Shown one piece after another: positions 38,236 through 48,430 of a stretch of 64,000 nt of DNA. A model generated the notes under the pieces. The model searched no databases, was not told the origin of the DNA, and saw only the letters and a list, made by a program, of their open reading frames with translations. A program made the position numbers and the translations under genes. Origin of the DNA: Fibrobacterota bacterium (GTDB lineage: Bacteria > Fibrobacterota > Fibrobacteria > UBA11236); contig CANIEU010000001.1 in NCBI GenBank assembly GCA_947466585.1, positions 48,414 through 112,413 of the forward strand. Direction: 5' to 3'. Position 1 is the stretch's first letter; every line of letters starts with the position of its first letter.

Positions 38236-38294
38236 GGGCCATCAAGCGCTCGAACGCAAACGAATCGTCGCAGACAATTCTGCGCTGACTGGAT

Positions 38295-38457
38295 CCCGGC
38301 CTTCGCCGGGATGACAGCGTTTGGGGCAAAACACAGGTCATTCCTCCAGGCCGGAGTTTACCCCCGCGAAGGCGGGGGCCGGGATGACAGCGTTGGGAGC
38401 AAAACTCGAGTCCTTCCTTCGGACCAGAGATTACCCCCTTCCGCTCGAAGGATGGGG
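38295..38457. repeat. About 2.5 degenerate tandem copies of an approximately 70-bp unit, each starting with a GC hairpin followed by gggatgacagcgtt(t)ggg(g/a)gcaaaac
   Basis: cccggccttcgccggg / cccccgcgaaggcggggg / ccttccgctcgaagg hairpins read directly; at island boundary. Confidence 0.45.
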
Positions 38458-38600
38458 AGTCGGCGATAGACCTCGACCCCTATAAACCGTTAAATTCCCC
38501 TAAAAACCGCTGTTCAAAAACCACTTGCGCAATTGATCGGTTGCGCTTATATTTGCTACCGAATGGTTGCTGATAACATATCGCGACCCGAAGGAGCCCC

Positions 38601-38978
38601 ATGAGACGAGACATCTTCCAGGCTATTGCAGACCCGACGCGGCGGGCCATTGTGATGCTGCTCGCCGTGCACGCGATGACGCCCAACGCCATGGCCGAGC
38701 ATTTCGACACCAGTCGGCAGGCCGTCTCCAAACACATCCACATTCTGCTGGAATGCGACCTACTCGATCAGGAACAACAAGGCCGGGAAATCCGCTATCA
38801 CCTAAGGGCCGACAAGATGAAACAAATCGAACAGTGGCTCGAGCAATTCAAAGCCTTGATGGCCGCGCGGTTCACGCAACTCGACGAGGTGCTGGCCCAA
38901 CTGAAATCCCGAACCAACACTCAAACTCCAACCAACCCCACCACCCTCACTACCATTACAAAAGCGAGAAAGACATGA
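38601..38978 (+). CDS. ArsR/SmtB-family winged-helix transcriptional regulator
   Basis: IFQAIADPTRRAIVMLLAVHAMTPNAMAEHFDTSRQAVSKHIHIL HTH region. Confidence 0.8.
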   Translation: MRRDIFQAIADPTRRAIVMLLAVHAMTPNAMAEHFDTSRQAVSKHIHILLECDLLDQEQQGREIRYHLRADKMKQIEQWLEQFKALMAARFTQLDEVLAQLKSRTNTQTPTNPTTLTTITKARKT

Positions 38979-39478
38979 GCTCGGAAAAAATCTTTAACTT
39001 CGTCGTCGACAAAGACAATCTCCGCGTCACCATCGAACGCTCCTTCGACGCCCCCCGCGACCTCGTGTGGGCCGCATGGACCGAGGCCGAACTGCTCGAT
39101 CAATGGTGGGGGCCCAAGCCGTGCCGCGCGGAGACGAAATCCATGGACTTCTCCGAAGGCGGACGCTGGCTCTACGCCATGGTCATCCCCGGCGTCGGAA
39201 AGAAATGGGACTCGAAGAGCTTCCTGAAGATCGACCCCAAGGACAGCTTCACGTATCGCAGCGCGTTTTGCGATGAAAACGGAATCGTGGCCCCGGAGAC
39301 GAAGAGTTCGGTGTGGGTGAATTCCTTCACAGAGCGCGACGGAGTCACCGTGGTCACCAACGTCATCACCAACGATTCGCTCGAACGCCTTGAGCTCATG
39401 ATTCAGATGGGCTTCAAGGAAGGCTATACCGCGGGTCTCGATCAGCTTGAAGAGTTGCTGGCGGACCTTCAGAAATAG
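38975..39478 (+). CDS. SRPBCC / AHSA1 (activator of Hsp90 ATPase homolog)-like protein, coupled to ArsR gene (ATGA overlap)
   Basis: RVTIERSFDAPRDLVWAAWTEAELLDQWWGPKP N-terminus typical of AHSA1/SRPBCC proteins paired with ArsR regulators. Confidence 0.7.
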   Translation: MSSEKIFNFVVDKDNLRVTIERSFDAPRDLVWAAWTEAELLDQWWGPKPCRAETKSMDFSEGGRWLYAMVIPGVGKKWDSKSFLKIDPKDSFTYRSAFCDENGIVAPETKSSVWVNSFTERDGVTVVTNVITNDSLERLELMIQMGFKEGYTAGLDQLEELLADLQK

Positions 39479-39526
39479 GGAACATCCGAAAGCCCAATAA
39501 CCAGCGGCGGGGAGACTCGCCGTTGG

Positions 39527-40786
39527 TTGCGGACATGGGCTACCTTTCCCTCGATGCCCCCCGCCTCGAAATCAGAAGTCCATCCCGCCCGCACCGAATC
39601 TCCAGTATGGGGTGCAGGCTGGGTGATGTTCCTCAGCTTCGCAGGCCTCTCCGCAACGCAGTTCCACGGCTACCTCTTTGAAGGCAAAGGCTTCTCGCCC
39701 TTGCAGATCGGCTTCCTGCTCGGTGCCGGATACGCCGCAGGGCTGCTCGCACCGGCCGTGCAGGTCAACGCCATCCGCCGCCTGCGGGGCCCGCGCATCC
39801 CGCTCGCCATCGTGCTCGCCGGGGCCGGCACCGCCATGGCCCTGTTGCCGTGGGCCAACCACTTCGGCTCCGTGCTCTTCCTGTTTTTCTGCACCCTGTT
39901 TTGCTCCGCGGGCATCCACCCCCTCACCGCCGCCTGCGCGCTCGAGGCCACGCGCACGCGCGGGCAGGGCACCTACTTCTTGATCCGCAGCCTCGGCACA
40001 GCGGGATTTTTAGCGGGATGCATCGCCAGTTTCTTTCAGCCGGGCGTCGACAAACTGCCGTGGTTGTACTTCGGATTCGGCGCGGCCTTTTGGTGCACCA
40101 TTCCCCTTGCGCTCAACCGTTTTCGCCCGAGCGATCCGCGTCAAGCGCCCGAAGACATCCTCGTCACGCCGCTCCCGCGCCGCACTCCCGGATTCGGCCG
40201 CGCGTTGCGCCTGCTCTCCGCCCCGCGCGCCAAGCGTTTGTTATGGACGCTCGGTGTGATGAATTTCGCCAACGCCATGGCCACCCTGGTGCAAGGCAAC
40301 TATCTCGTCTCGCGTTTCGACGGCGGGCAAAGTTCCATCAGCTTCGCATGGATCGTGGCGACCACGGTGGAGATACCGCTGATGTTTTTATGCGCCTGGA
40401 TGGTGCGTCGCTTCGGCCTGCGCACCGTGATCGGATTCGGGCTGCTCGGCACCACCATCAAGCTGGCATTGCTTGGAGCGGCCGACAGTTACGGCGTGTT
40501 TCTCGCCGGACTGGCCTTCCACGGCTGTTTCTTCTCGGGCGCGCTCGTGGGATTCAATCTCTTCATCGACAAACATTTCGCCATCGCCGATCGCCCTTCG
40601 TTGCAATCGCTGGGCGCTCTCTTTTATACCGGATTGCCCTCGGCATTCGGCGGACTCACCGCAGGGGTGCTCTGGCACTTCTTCGGCTTGCGCTCGGTGT
40701 ACGTGTTCACGGCGCTGGTGGCGATCGGGGCGGGAGCGTACACGCTCAGGCTGCTGCCGATGCTGCCGGGACGGGAGAGACGGTAG
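39527..40786 (+). CDS. MFS transporter (12 TM); start may be downstream; last codons and stop lie in repeat arm
   Basis: multi-TM hydrophobic profile across 419 aa. Confidence 0.7.
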   Translation: MRTWATFPSMPPASKSEVHPARTESPVWGAGWVMFLSFAGLSATQFHGYLFEGKGFSPLQIGFLLGAGYAAGLLAPAVQVNAIRRLRGPRIPLAIVLAGAGTAMALLPWANHFGSVLFLFFCTLFCSAGIHPLTAACALEATRTRGQGTYFLIRSLGTAGFLAGCIASFFQPGVDKLPWLYFGFGAAFWCTIPLALNRFRPSDPRQAPEDILVTPLPRRTPGFGRALRLLSAPRAKRLLWTLGVMNFANAMATLVQGNYLVSRFDGGQSSISFAWIVATTVEIPLMFLCAWMVRRFGLRTVIGFGLLGTTIKLALLGAADSYGVFLAGLAFHGCFFSGALVGFNLFIDKHFAIADRPSLQSLGALFYTGLPSAFGGLTAGVLWHFFGLRSVYVFTALVAIGAGAYTLRLLPMLPGRERR

Positions 40787-40888
40787 ACGTTAGTAGGTGG
40801 ACGGTAGAGAACTCCGAATAAGAAATTTTGAAACCAAGTACAAGTTGATGCGCTTTGTTTTTGCTACCGTCTACCGACTACCGTCTCT
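40775..40888. repeat. Palindromic GGTAG-unit element (gagagacggtagacgttagtaggtggacggtagag ... ctaccgtctaccgactaccgtctc); both arms supply stop codons to the convergent flanking genes
   Basis: TAG of MFS gene at 40784-40786 and TAG (minus) of ArsC-like gene at 40880-40878 both lie in the arms. Confidence 0.65.
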
Positions 40889-41240
40889 TTGACCAAGTTC
40901 TTCCGAACAACACCTCGTCAAACCCCACCGTCGCGCTTTTACCATCTGTGACCAAGGGACGCTTGATCAGGCGACCGTTGCCCGCCAAAAGGTCGAACGC
41001 AGCCGCGTCCGTCATGCTGCCGATCTTGTCCTTAATGCCCAAGAGCTTGTATTGCTCACCGCTGGTGTTGAACAACTTGCGCAGCGGCAACCCGGATTGC
41101 TCCAGAATCTTTTTCAATTCCATTTTGGAGGGCGGGGTTTCGGTGATGTCCGCAAAACCGTACGAGACTCCGGCGGTCTCCAGTGCCTTTTCTGCCTTGC
41201 GGCAGGTCGAACATTTCTTGTAGCCGTAGAATTTGAGCAT
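40878..41240 (-). CDS. ArsC/Spx-family (glutaredoxin-like arsenate reductase-related) protein
   Basis: MLKFYGYKKCSTCRKAEKALETAG CxxC N-terminus typical of ArsC/Spx/YffB family; C-terminal part of ORF 40878..41870. Confidence 0.75.
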   Translation of the reverse strand: MLKFYGYKKCSTCRKAEKALETAGVSYGFADITETPPSKMELKKILEQSGLPLRKLFNTSGEQYKLLGIKDKIGSMTDAAAFDLLAGNGRLIKRPLVTDGKSATVGFDEVLFGRTWSKRR

Positions 41241-41290
41241 CGGAGAAAAAGTAGTAGGTAGACGGTAGTAGGTAGTAGGTAGATGAAAGC
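41241..41290. repeat. Partial/degenerate GGTAG-unit repeat (gtagtaggtagacggtagtaggtagtaggtagatg), same-orientation units only
   Basis: read directly, adjacent to ArsC-like start. Confidence 0.4.
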
Positions 41291-41389
41291 AAAAAGTCGG
41301 AAGCTGAGGCTGAAAGGCCGAAGTCCGCCGAAGGCGGGTCGGTAGTCGGAAGTGTGAGAACGGGCGGTCGGAAAATATTTCTTCAAACC

Positions 41390-41405
41390 TGTGACCGTAG
41401 TCACA
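41390..41405. promoter_or_regulatory. Inverted repeat TGTGAC-cgta-GTCACA upstream of radC-like gene (candidate operator), followed by tacaat -10-like hexamer
   Basis: read directly. Confidence 0.3.
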
Positions 41406-41571
41406 CAAGCGGGCAGCGGAACGGTCGCCCCTCGTGTACAATGCCGTCATGAACGACAGCACACCCATTCCGTACACACTCCCCAAGCTCCTTCCTGCGC
41501 CCCTTCCCGAACCTCTGCCGCCGGCACCGACGCCGACCGAACCGCGCCCACCCGACTCCACTTGCACCTCG

Positions 41572-42252
41572 ATGCTGAAAAGCCTGGAATCCCATCTGTG
41601 GCCGCGCGAAAAAATGGGGCGAGAGGGCGCCGAAGCCCTGTCGAACCAGGAATTGCTGGCCGTGCTGTTCGGCCGCGGCCAAAGGGGCAAGGACGTGCTC
41701 GCACTCGCGGGCGAAGTCACTCTGTACCTTGAACGCGTCACCGAACCGCCTACCCTCCACGACCTCTGCCGCATCCACGGCATCGGCCACGGCAAGGCCT
41801 GCCAGATTCTCGCCGCGCTCGAGCTCTCGCGCCGCTTCCTGACGCGACGCCATCGCATCCGCATCCGCAAAGCGTCCGACGCCCTTCCCTACCTCGGCTC
41901 GTTGCGCGGGCGCCGGCAAGAATGCTTCGCCGTGCTCACGCTCGACGGCAACCATCAGGTGATCCGCGCGCACGAGATCACCATCGGGCTCGCGAACCAA
42001 AGCCAGGTGCACCCGCGAGAAACCTTCGCCTGCGCGGTGGAAGATCGTGCCGTTGGGATTCTGGCCGCGCACAACCATCCCAGCGGCTCGCTCGATCCTT
42101 CTGCCGAAGACCTCGTCTCCACACGTCGGCTCGCCGAAGCCGGACGACTGCTCGGCATTCCCTTGCTCGACCACCTGATCGTCACCGCGGAGGGGTTCAC
42201 TTCTTTGCGGGAGAGATTTCCGGATTATTTCGTGGGGGCGAGAGGGTGGTGA
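41572..42252 (+). CDS. radC: RadC-like JAB/MPN-domain protein (UPF0758); alternative upstream start at 41434
   Basis: LWPREKMGREGAEALSNQELLAVLFGRGQRGKDVLALA helix-hairpin-helix N-region and HNHPSGSLDPSAED JAB zinc motif. Confidence 0.75.
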   Translation: MLKSLESHLWPREKMGREGAEALSNQELLAVLFGRGQRGKDVLALAGEVTLYLERVTEPPTLHDLCRIHGIGHGKACQILAALELSRRFLTRRHRIRIRKASDALPYLGSLRGRRQECFAVLTLDGNHQVIRAHEITIGLANQSQVHPRETFACAVEDRAVGILAAHNHPSGSLDPSAEDLVSTRRLAEAGRLLGIPLLDHLIVTAEGFTSLRERFPDYFVGARGW

Positions 42253-42256
42253 CCAA

Positions 42257-42752
42257 CGGACGGTAGACGGTAGTAGGTAGACGGTAGAGAACCCATCTGG
42301 AGAACTTATGTCAACGACAAAGGGATACAGGCAATTAATTGTCTGGCAGAAGGCAATGGAAATGATTCCCGAAGTTTACCGTATCATCCGTGTGCTTCCA
42401 AAAGAAGAGCGATTTGGAATGGCTGAACAAATGCGAAGAGCAGCAGTTTCAGTTGTAGCCAACATGGCCGAAGGCCAAGGCAGAAACGGAAAACGGGATT
42501 TTGCTCACTTCCTCGACATCTCTCAAGGGAGCCTCTCTGAATTGGATACCCTCCTTTCAATCGCAATACAGCTGGAGTACGTGCCCGAAACTACCACCAA
42601 AGCCGTTTCGGAAAAACTCGTGGAAGTTCGGAAATTATTGTTCGGGCTTCTTAATAAGCTCAGAACGTCTTAGAATAATGAACCCCCATTTTTCTGAGTT
42701 TCCCCGATTTTCGTCTTCTCTACCGTCTACCTACTACCGTCTACCGTCTATC
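42257..42752. mobile_element. Expanded palindromic GGTAG-unit element carrying a four-helix-bundle protein gene as cargo
   Basis: Left arm cggacggtagacggtagtaggtagacggtagagaac (42257-42292) and right arm tctctaccgtctacctactaccgtctaccgtctatc (42716-42752) match arms of the empty copies at 27043 and 40775. Confidence 0.55.
42308..42673 (+). CDS. Four-helix-bundle protein of the 23S rRNA intervening-sequence protein family (Avd-like)
   Basis: 121 aa; QLIVWQKAMEMIPEVYRIIRVLPKEERFGMAEQMRRAAVSVVANMAEGQGRNGKRDFAHFLDISQGSLSELDTLLSIA is characteristic of this family. Confidence 0.75.
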   Translation: MSTTKGYRQLIVWQKAMEMIPEVYRIIRVLPKEERFGMAEQMRRAAVSVVANMAEGQGRNGKRDFAHFLDISQGSLSELDTLLSIAIQLEYVPETTTKAVSEKLVEVRKLLFGLLNKLRTS

Positions 42753-42761
42753 TTTTCTTCC

Positions 42762-43136
42762 ATGGAACCGCTTGCTTTGCTTGGTGTAGCCATCGGTGGT
42801 GCGACCGGATCGGTCGTGCGTTACGCGATTCAGTCGATGTTTCGCCTGTCGGCATTTCCCGTCGGGACTCTCCTCGTCAACCTTTTGGGATCTCTCCTGA
42901 TCGGTCTGTGCGCGGCATTTGCGGAGCGCGGCACGCCGTGGATCCGGACTTGGCTCATGGCCGGGTTTCTGGGCGGTTTCACCACGTTTTCAGCCTTCAG
43001 CCTCGAGAATTTTCGGCTGATGCGCGACGGGCAAGCCGGAATGGCGCTCGCCTATGCGCTCACCAGCCTGGTCGCGGGTATTTTGCTTGCCTTCGCGGGA
43101 TATTGGGCCGGTTCCCTGCTTTCGCGAGCGATTTGA
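42762..43136 (+). CDS. crcB: Fluoride ion channel CrcB/Fluc
   Basis: 124 aa, 4 TM, GTLLVNLLGSLLIG and GFLGGFTTFSAFSLE motifs; no fluoride-riboswitch-like sequence recognisable upstream. Confidence 0.85.
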   Translation: MEPLALLGVAIGGATGSVVRYAIQSMFRLSAFPVGTLLVNLLGSLLIGLCAAFAERGTPWIRTWLMAGFLGGFTTFSAFSLENFRLMRDGQAGMALAYALTSLVAGILLAFAGYWAGSLLSRAI

Positions 43137-43284
43137 GCCTACCTCGCGGTGTGTTCCTCCCTCTCCCTCTGGAAGAGGGCCGGGGTGAGGGCTGCGGCAA
43201 CGACAGAAGCGCGGTAAGCCAATACGGAACGCGTGGCCCCAAGCGCCCCCCGACTTGCTAATTTTACACCCTTTCTTTCTTACC

Positions 43285-45201
<1,917 letters not shown>

Positions 45202-45230
45202 GCATTTTGTCTTCTACGGCTTTCCGTCGA

Positions 45231-45270
45231 AAACAAAAAACCCCGCTGAATCAGCGGGGTTTTTTGTTTT
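45231..45270. terminator. Bidirectional rho-independent terminator between speA and convergent gene
   Basis: aaacaaaaaa ccccgctgaatcagcgggg tttttgtttt. Confidence 0.75.
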
Positions 45271-45295
45271 CGGTCCCACGGCAAACCGTTCACTA

Positions 45296-46282
45296 TTACT
45301 GAAAAATCACCGCCACGTCCACCGCGAAACCTTGGTCGCGATCGGCGTTGAATACCGTGAGATACTGCCCGCGCACCTTGAAGTTGAGTCCGTAGGTGCG
45401 GAACAGGATCAGGCCCGCCTGCCCGTTCAACGCCGGCCCGAAGTTGCGGCGGTTTGACAGCGCCGGATCTTCGTCGCCGCGAACGTAATGCAATCCGAGG
45501 CCACCGCCAAAGAACGGCGCGAAGTCGCCACCGCCCATCAGATACGCCAGATTGAGATCGCCGCCGAGCGAGCGCGCCTCGGTCCACACGCCTTCGAGAT
45601 CGAGGTGGATGTCGCGGCGGAATTCCCAGCTGTTCACCCACGACAACCGCAGCAACGCGGCGTAATCGGTGCGCGTATATCCCGCATTGGGATTGTTGGC
45701 GTCTTCCTTCAGGTAATTGAATCCGCCGTTCACCGGGATAAGGTACCCCACTCCGACGCCCATGGAATAAGGTGTTTTACGCTTGGCGCGTTCGAAGGTT
45801 TTTTCGCGCTCGGTGACATCATCCACCGAAGCCGCAAACTCGGGGGCGGTGCGGCTGATCAGCACTTCGGCCATTCGCTGCGTCACCGGTTCCAGATCTT
45901 CGACCGTCTCTACCGTCATGCGCTGGTTGTAGGGTTTCTTGCCGTCGGCGCGTACGATGGTCGACAGAAAGATCCACTTCGTCCCCAGCCGCTGCAGACT
46001 CGAATACACCACCTGATCCGACTTCTTGAGATGGGCGGCCTGGGCGGCCTCCAGCGCGCAGGCCCGCTCGCTGCAGACCGCAGACACGGAAGAAGCGGCC
46101 ACGTTCCCATGCCGGGCCTCCAACGCGTCCCGAAACAACCGGTTGACCGCAGAGAGCTCGACCGACCCCGTCTCGGTTTCACCGCCCACGGGAAGCACCA
46201 GCAAGGTGTTGGCCGACACCGACCCGGCCCCGACAAGAATTGCCAAAGCGCCCGCACCGAACAAAATCCGCGTCCAAATCAT
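45296..46282 (-). CDS. Secreted hypothetical protein, possibly outer-membrane beta-barrel (ends ...AVDVAVIFQ)
   Basis: Signal peptide MIWTRILFGAGALAILVGAGSVSA; Gly/aromatic-rich C-terminal half. Confidence 0.45.
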   Translation of the reverse strand: MIWTRILFGAGALAILVGAGSVSANTLLVLPVGGETETGSVELSAVNRLFRDALEARHGNVAASSVSAVCSERACALEAAQAAHLKKSDQVVYSSLQRLGTKWIFLSTIVRADGKKPYNQRMTVETVEDLEPVTQRMAEVLISRTAPEFAASVDDVTEREKTFERAKRKTPYSMGVGVGYLIPVNGGFNYLKEDANNPNAGYTRTDYAALLRLSWVNSWEFRRDIHLDLEGVWTEARSLGGDLNLAYLMGGGDFAPFFGGGLGLHYVRGDEDPALSNRRNFGPALNGQAGLILFRTYGLNFKVRGQYLTVFNADRDQGFAVDVAVIFQ

Positions 46283-46332
46283 GCCGACTCCTGGGTAACA
46301 ACGTTCTCAAATTAACATCCTAAATTGAATGC

Positions 46333-47961
46333 ATGACGCAGCCCGAAGCCTACTCGCACCAGCCCCTGTTTGAAACCGTTCCAGACACTACGCCGTATCG
46401 GCTGTTGACGCGGGAATTCGTGCAACAAATTCAAACGGAGCGGGGCGAGTTGCTCGTCGTGGACCGCCAAGGTTTGGTACGTCTGGCGCGGGAGGCCCTC
46501 CGCGATGTGAATTTTTATTTCCGTCCCGGTCATCTCGGCAAATTGCGCGCCATCCTCGAAGATCCCGAAGCCTCCGATAACGACCGCTTTGTGGCGCTCA
46601 CCGAATTGCGCAACGCCGTGGTAGCTGCGCAGGGACAACTGCCTTCCTGCCAAGACACCGGTACAGCCACGGTGATCGCGAAAAAGGGGCAATCGGTGTG
46701 GACCGGTTGTGACGACGAAGCGGCGCTGTCCGAAGGGATCTCCGCCGCGTATACGGAAGAGAATCTGCGCTACTCGCAAATGGCGCCGCTCTCGATGTTC
46801 GAAGAAAAGAACACCGGCAATAATCTGCCCGCGCAGATCGATGTGTATGCGGAACCGGGCGAGGCGTACAAGTTTTTGTTTCTCGCCAAAGGCGGCGGCT
46901 CGGCCAACAAGACCTTCCTGTTTCAGGAAACCAAGGCCCGCCTGAACGAAAAGGCCCTCGCTGCCTTTCTGAACGAGAAACTGTTTTCTTTGGGAACCTC
47001 CGCTTGCCCGCCCTACCATCTCGCGGTGGTGATCGGCGGCCCCTCCGCCGAGGCGAATCTAAAAACTGTGAAACTCGCCTCCGCCGGTTACCTCGACGGA
47101 TTGCCGACGACGGGCAATGCGACGGGGCGCGCCTTCCGTGATCTCGAATGGGAGGAGCGCGTGCAGCGCATGGCGTGGGACAGCCGCATCGGCGCGCAGT
47201 TCGGCGGAAAGTACTTCGTCCACGACGTGCGCGTGATCCGTTTGCCGCGCCATGCCGCGTCGTGCCCCATCGGCATCGGCGTAAGCTGCAGTGCCGATCG
47301 CAACATCAAGGCGAAGATCACGCGCGACGGCATCTTCCTTGAGCAACTCGAAACGCGTCCCGACAAATTCGTGCCCGAAGAAGGTGCCGGTGCGATGGTG
47401 CCTGCCGTAGCGATCGACCTTAATCAACCGATGGATGCGATCGTGAAGGAACTTTCGCGTCACCCGGTGAAGACGCGGCTCTCGCTCACCGGCCCGCTCA
47501 TCGTGGCGCGCGACGTGGCGCATGCCCGCATTCAGACCATGCTCGACGCGGGCGAAGAAATGCCGCAATGGTTCAAAGACCATCCGGTGTATTACGCGGG
47601 CCCGGCAAAAACACCCGAAGGCATGGCCTCGGGCAGCTTCGGCCCCACCACGGCGGGACGCATGGACGGCTACGTGGATGCTTTCATGACCCAGGGCGGA
47701 TCCCGCGTGATGTTGGCGAAGGGCAATCGCTCCGTCGCGGTGCGCGACGCCTGCCAAAAGCACGGCGGGTTCTATCTGGGTTCGGTGGGCGGCCCGGCGG
47801 CCGTACTCGCGAAGGAAAATATTCTCAAGGTGGAGACGGTCGCGTTTGCGGAGTTGGGCATGGAATCCGTGCGCCGCATCGAAGTCAAGGATTTCCCGGC
47901 CTTTATCGTCACCGACGACAAGGGCAACGACTTTTACGCCAACATCAAGGGCAACGAGTAG
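46333..47961 (+). CDS. fumA: Class I (Fe-S) fumarate hydratase, single-polypeptide alpha+beta type
   Basis: [12 protein letters not shown] Fe-S hydro-lyase alpha motif and C-terminal beta-subunit-like domain in one 542-aa ORF. Confidence 0.85.
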   Translation: MTQPEAYSHQPLFETVPDTTPYRLLTREFVQQIQTERGELLVVDRQGLVRLAREALRDVNFYFRPGHLGKLRAILEDPEASDNDRFVALTELRNAVVAAQGQLPSCQDTGTATVIAKKGQSVWTGCDDEAALSEGISAAYTEENLRYSQMAPLSMFEEKNTGNNLPAQIDVYAEPGEAYKFLFLAKGGGSANKTFLFQETKARLNEKALAAFLNEKLFSLGTSACPPYHLAVVIGGPSAEANLKTVKLASAGYLDGLPTTGNATGRAFRDLEWEERVQRMAWDSRIGAQFGGKYFVHDVRVIRLPRHAASCPIGIGVSCSADRNIKAKITRDGIFLEQLETRPDKFVPEEGAGAMVPAVAIDLNQPMDAIVKELSRHPVKTRLSLTGPLIVARDVAHARIQTMLDAGEEMPQWFKDHPVYYAGPAKTPEGMASGSFGPTTAGRMDGYVDAFMTQGGSRVMLAKGNRSVAVRDACQKHGGFYLGSVGGPAAVLAKENILKVETVAFAELGMESVRRIEVKDFPAFIVTDDKGNDFYANIKGNE

Positions 47962-47973
47962 GAGAACCCCGCG

Positions 47974-48342
47974 TCAGGCGACGCGGTTTTTCGCACGCCA
48001 CATGCGCATGAAGTTCGAACGACGAAAATCGTTGCGATGCTCCATGCAATAGCGCGGATACACGAACTGCTTGGGGAACACCTTCACAGTGTACCGCTGA
48101 TCGCAGCCTTCGAGGCAGCACAGGAATTCGAGATCGAGCACTTCGGTGTAGTTGTGCTTGAACACCATATTCTTGACTTCGACGCTCTCGAACTCTTTCT
48201 TGTGCTTCGCGCGCTGTTTGATGTCGCGATGCAGATCGCAATACTTCGCGATCGGATGCCCCCAAAACTCGCGTCCGCACCCGGGTTCCTGACAAACCTT
48301 GAGCTTGATGCGTTTTTTCTTTTTGTATTTGGGCAACTGCAT
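47974..48342 (-). CDS. Small Lys-rich protein with two CxxC/CxxxH-type zinc-finger-like clusters
   Basis: CQEPGCGREF...YCDLH and CCLEGCDQRY...YCMEH; start at MQLPKYKKKK. Confidence 0.4.
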   Translation of the reverse strand: MQLPKYKKKKRIKLKVCQEPGCGREFWGHPIAKYCDLHRDIKQRAKHKKEFESVEVKNMVFKHNYTEVLDLEFLCCLEGCDQRYTVKVFPKQFVYPRYCMEHRNDFRRSNFMRMWRAKNRVA

Positions 48343-48430
48343 GGCGAAAAATCCCGGTTCAAAAAAGCGCTTAGAATCGGTAAAAATAGCAAGGCTGTCC
48401 AGTCCACCCCCCACAGAGTATCATTAGAGC

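Larger units (their letters stand above)
35441..38280. mobile_element. Putative horizontally acquired lower-GC island after citrate synthase; no integrase or transposase visible
   Basis: AT-richer composition by eye, tataat-rich promoters, duplication of citrate synthase 3' end (35181-35440 vs 36431-36690), accessory-type gene content. Confidence 0.45.

Noticed and set aside
38295-38457. Possible CRISPR array
   Set aside because: Only about 2.5 units, units not identical, no uniform repeat/spacer periodicity, and no cas genes in the window.
42308-42673. Diversity-generating retroelement (Avd-like four-helix-bundle gene)
   Set aside because: No reverse transcriptase, template repeat or variable repeat nearby; the gene is instead framed by the palindromic GGTAG element arms.
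42674-42761. Fluoride riboswitch upstream of crcB
   Set aside because: The leader is occupied by the element's right arm and a short spacer; no crcB-motif conserved core recognisable by eye.
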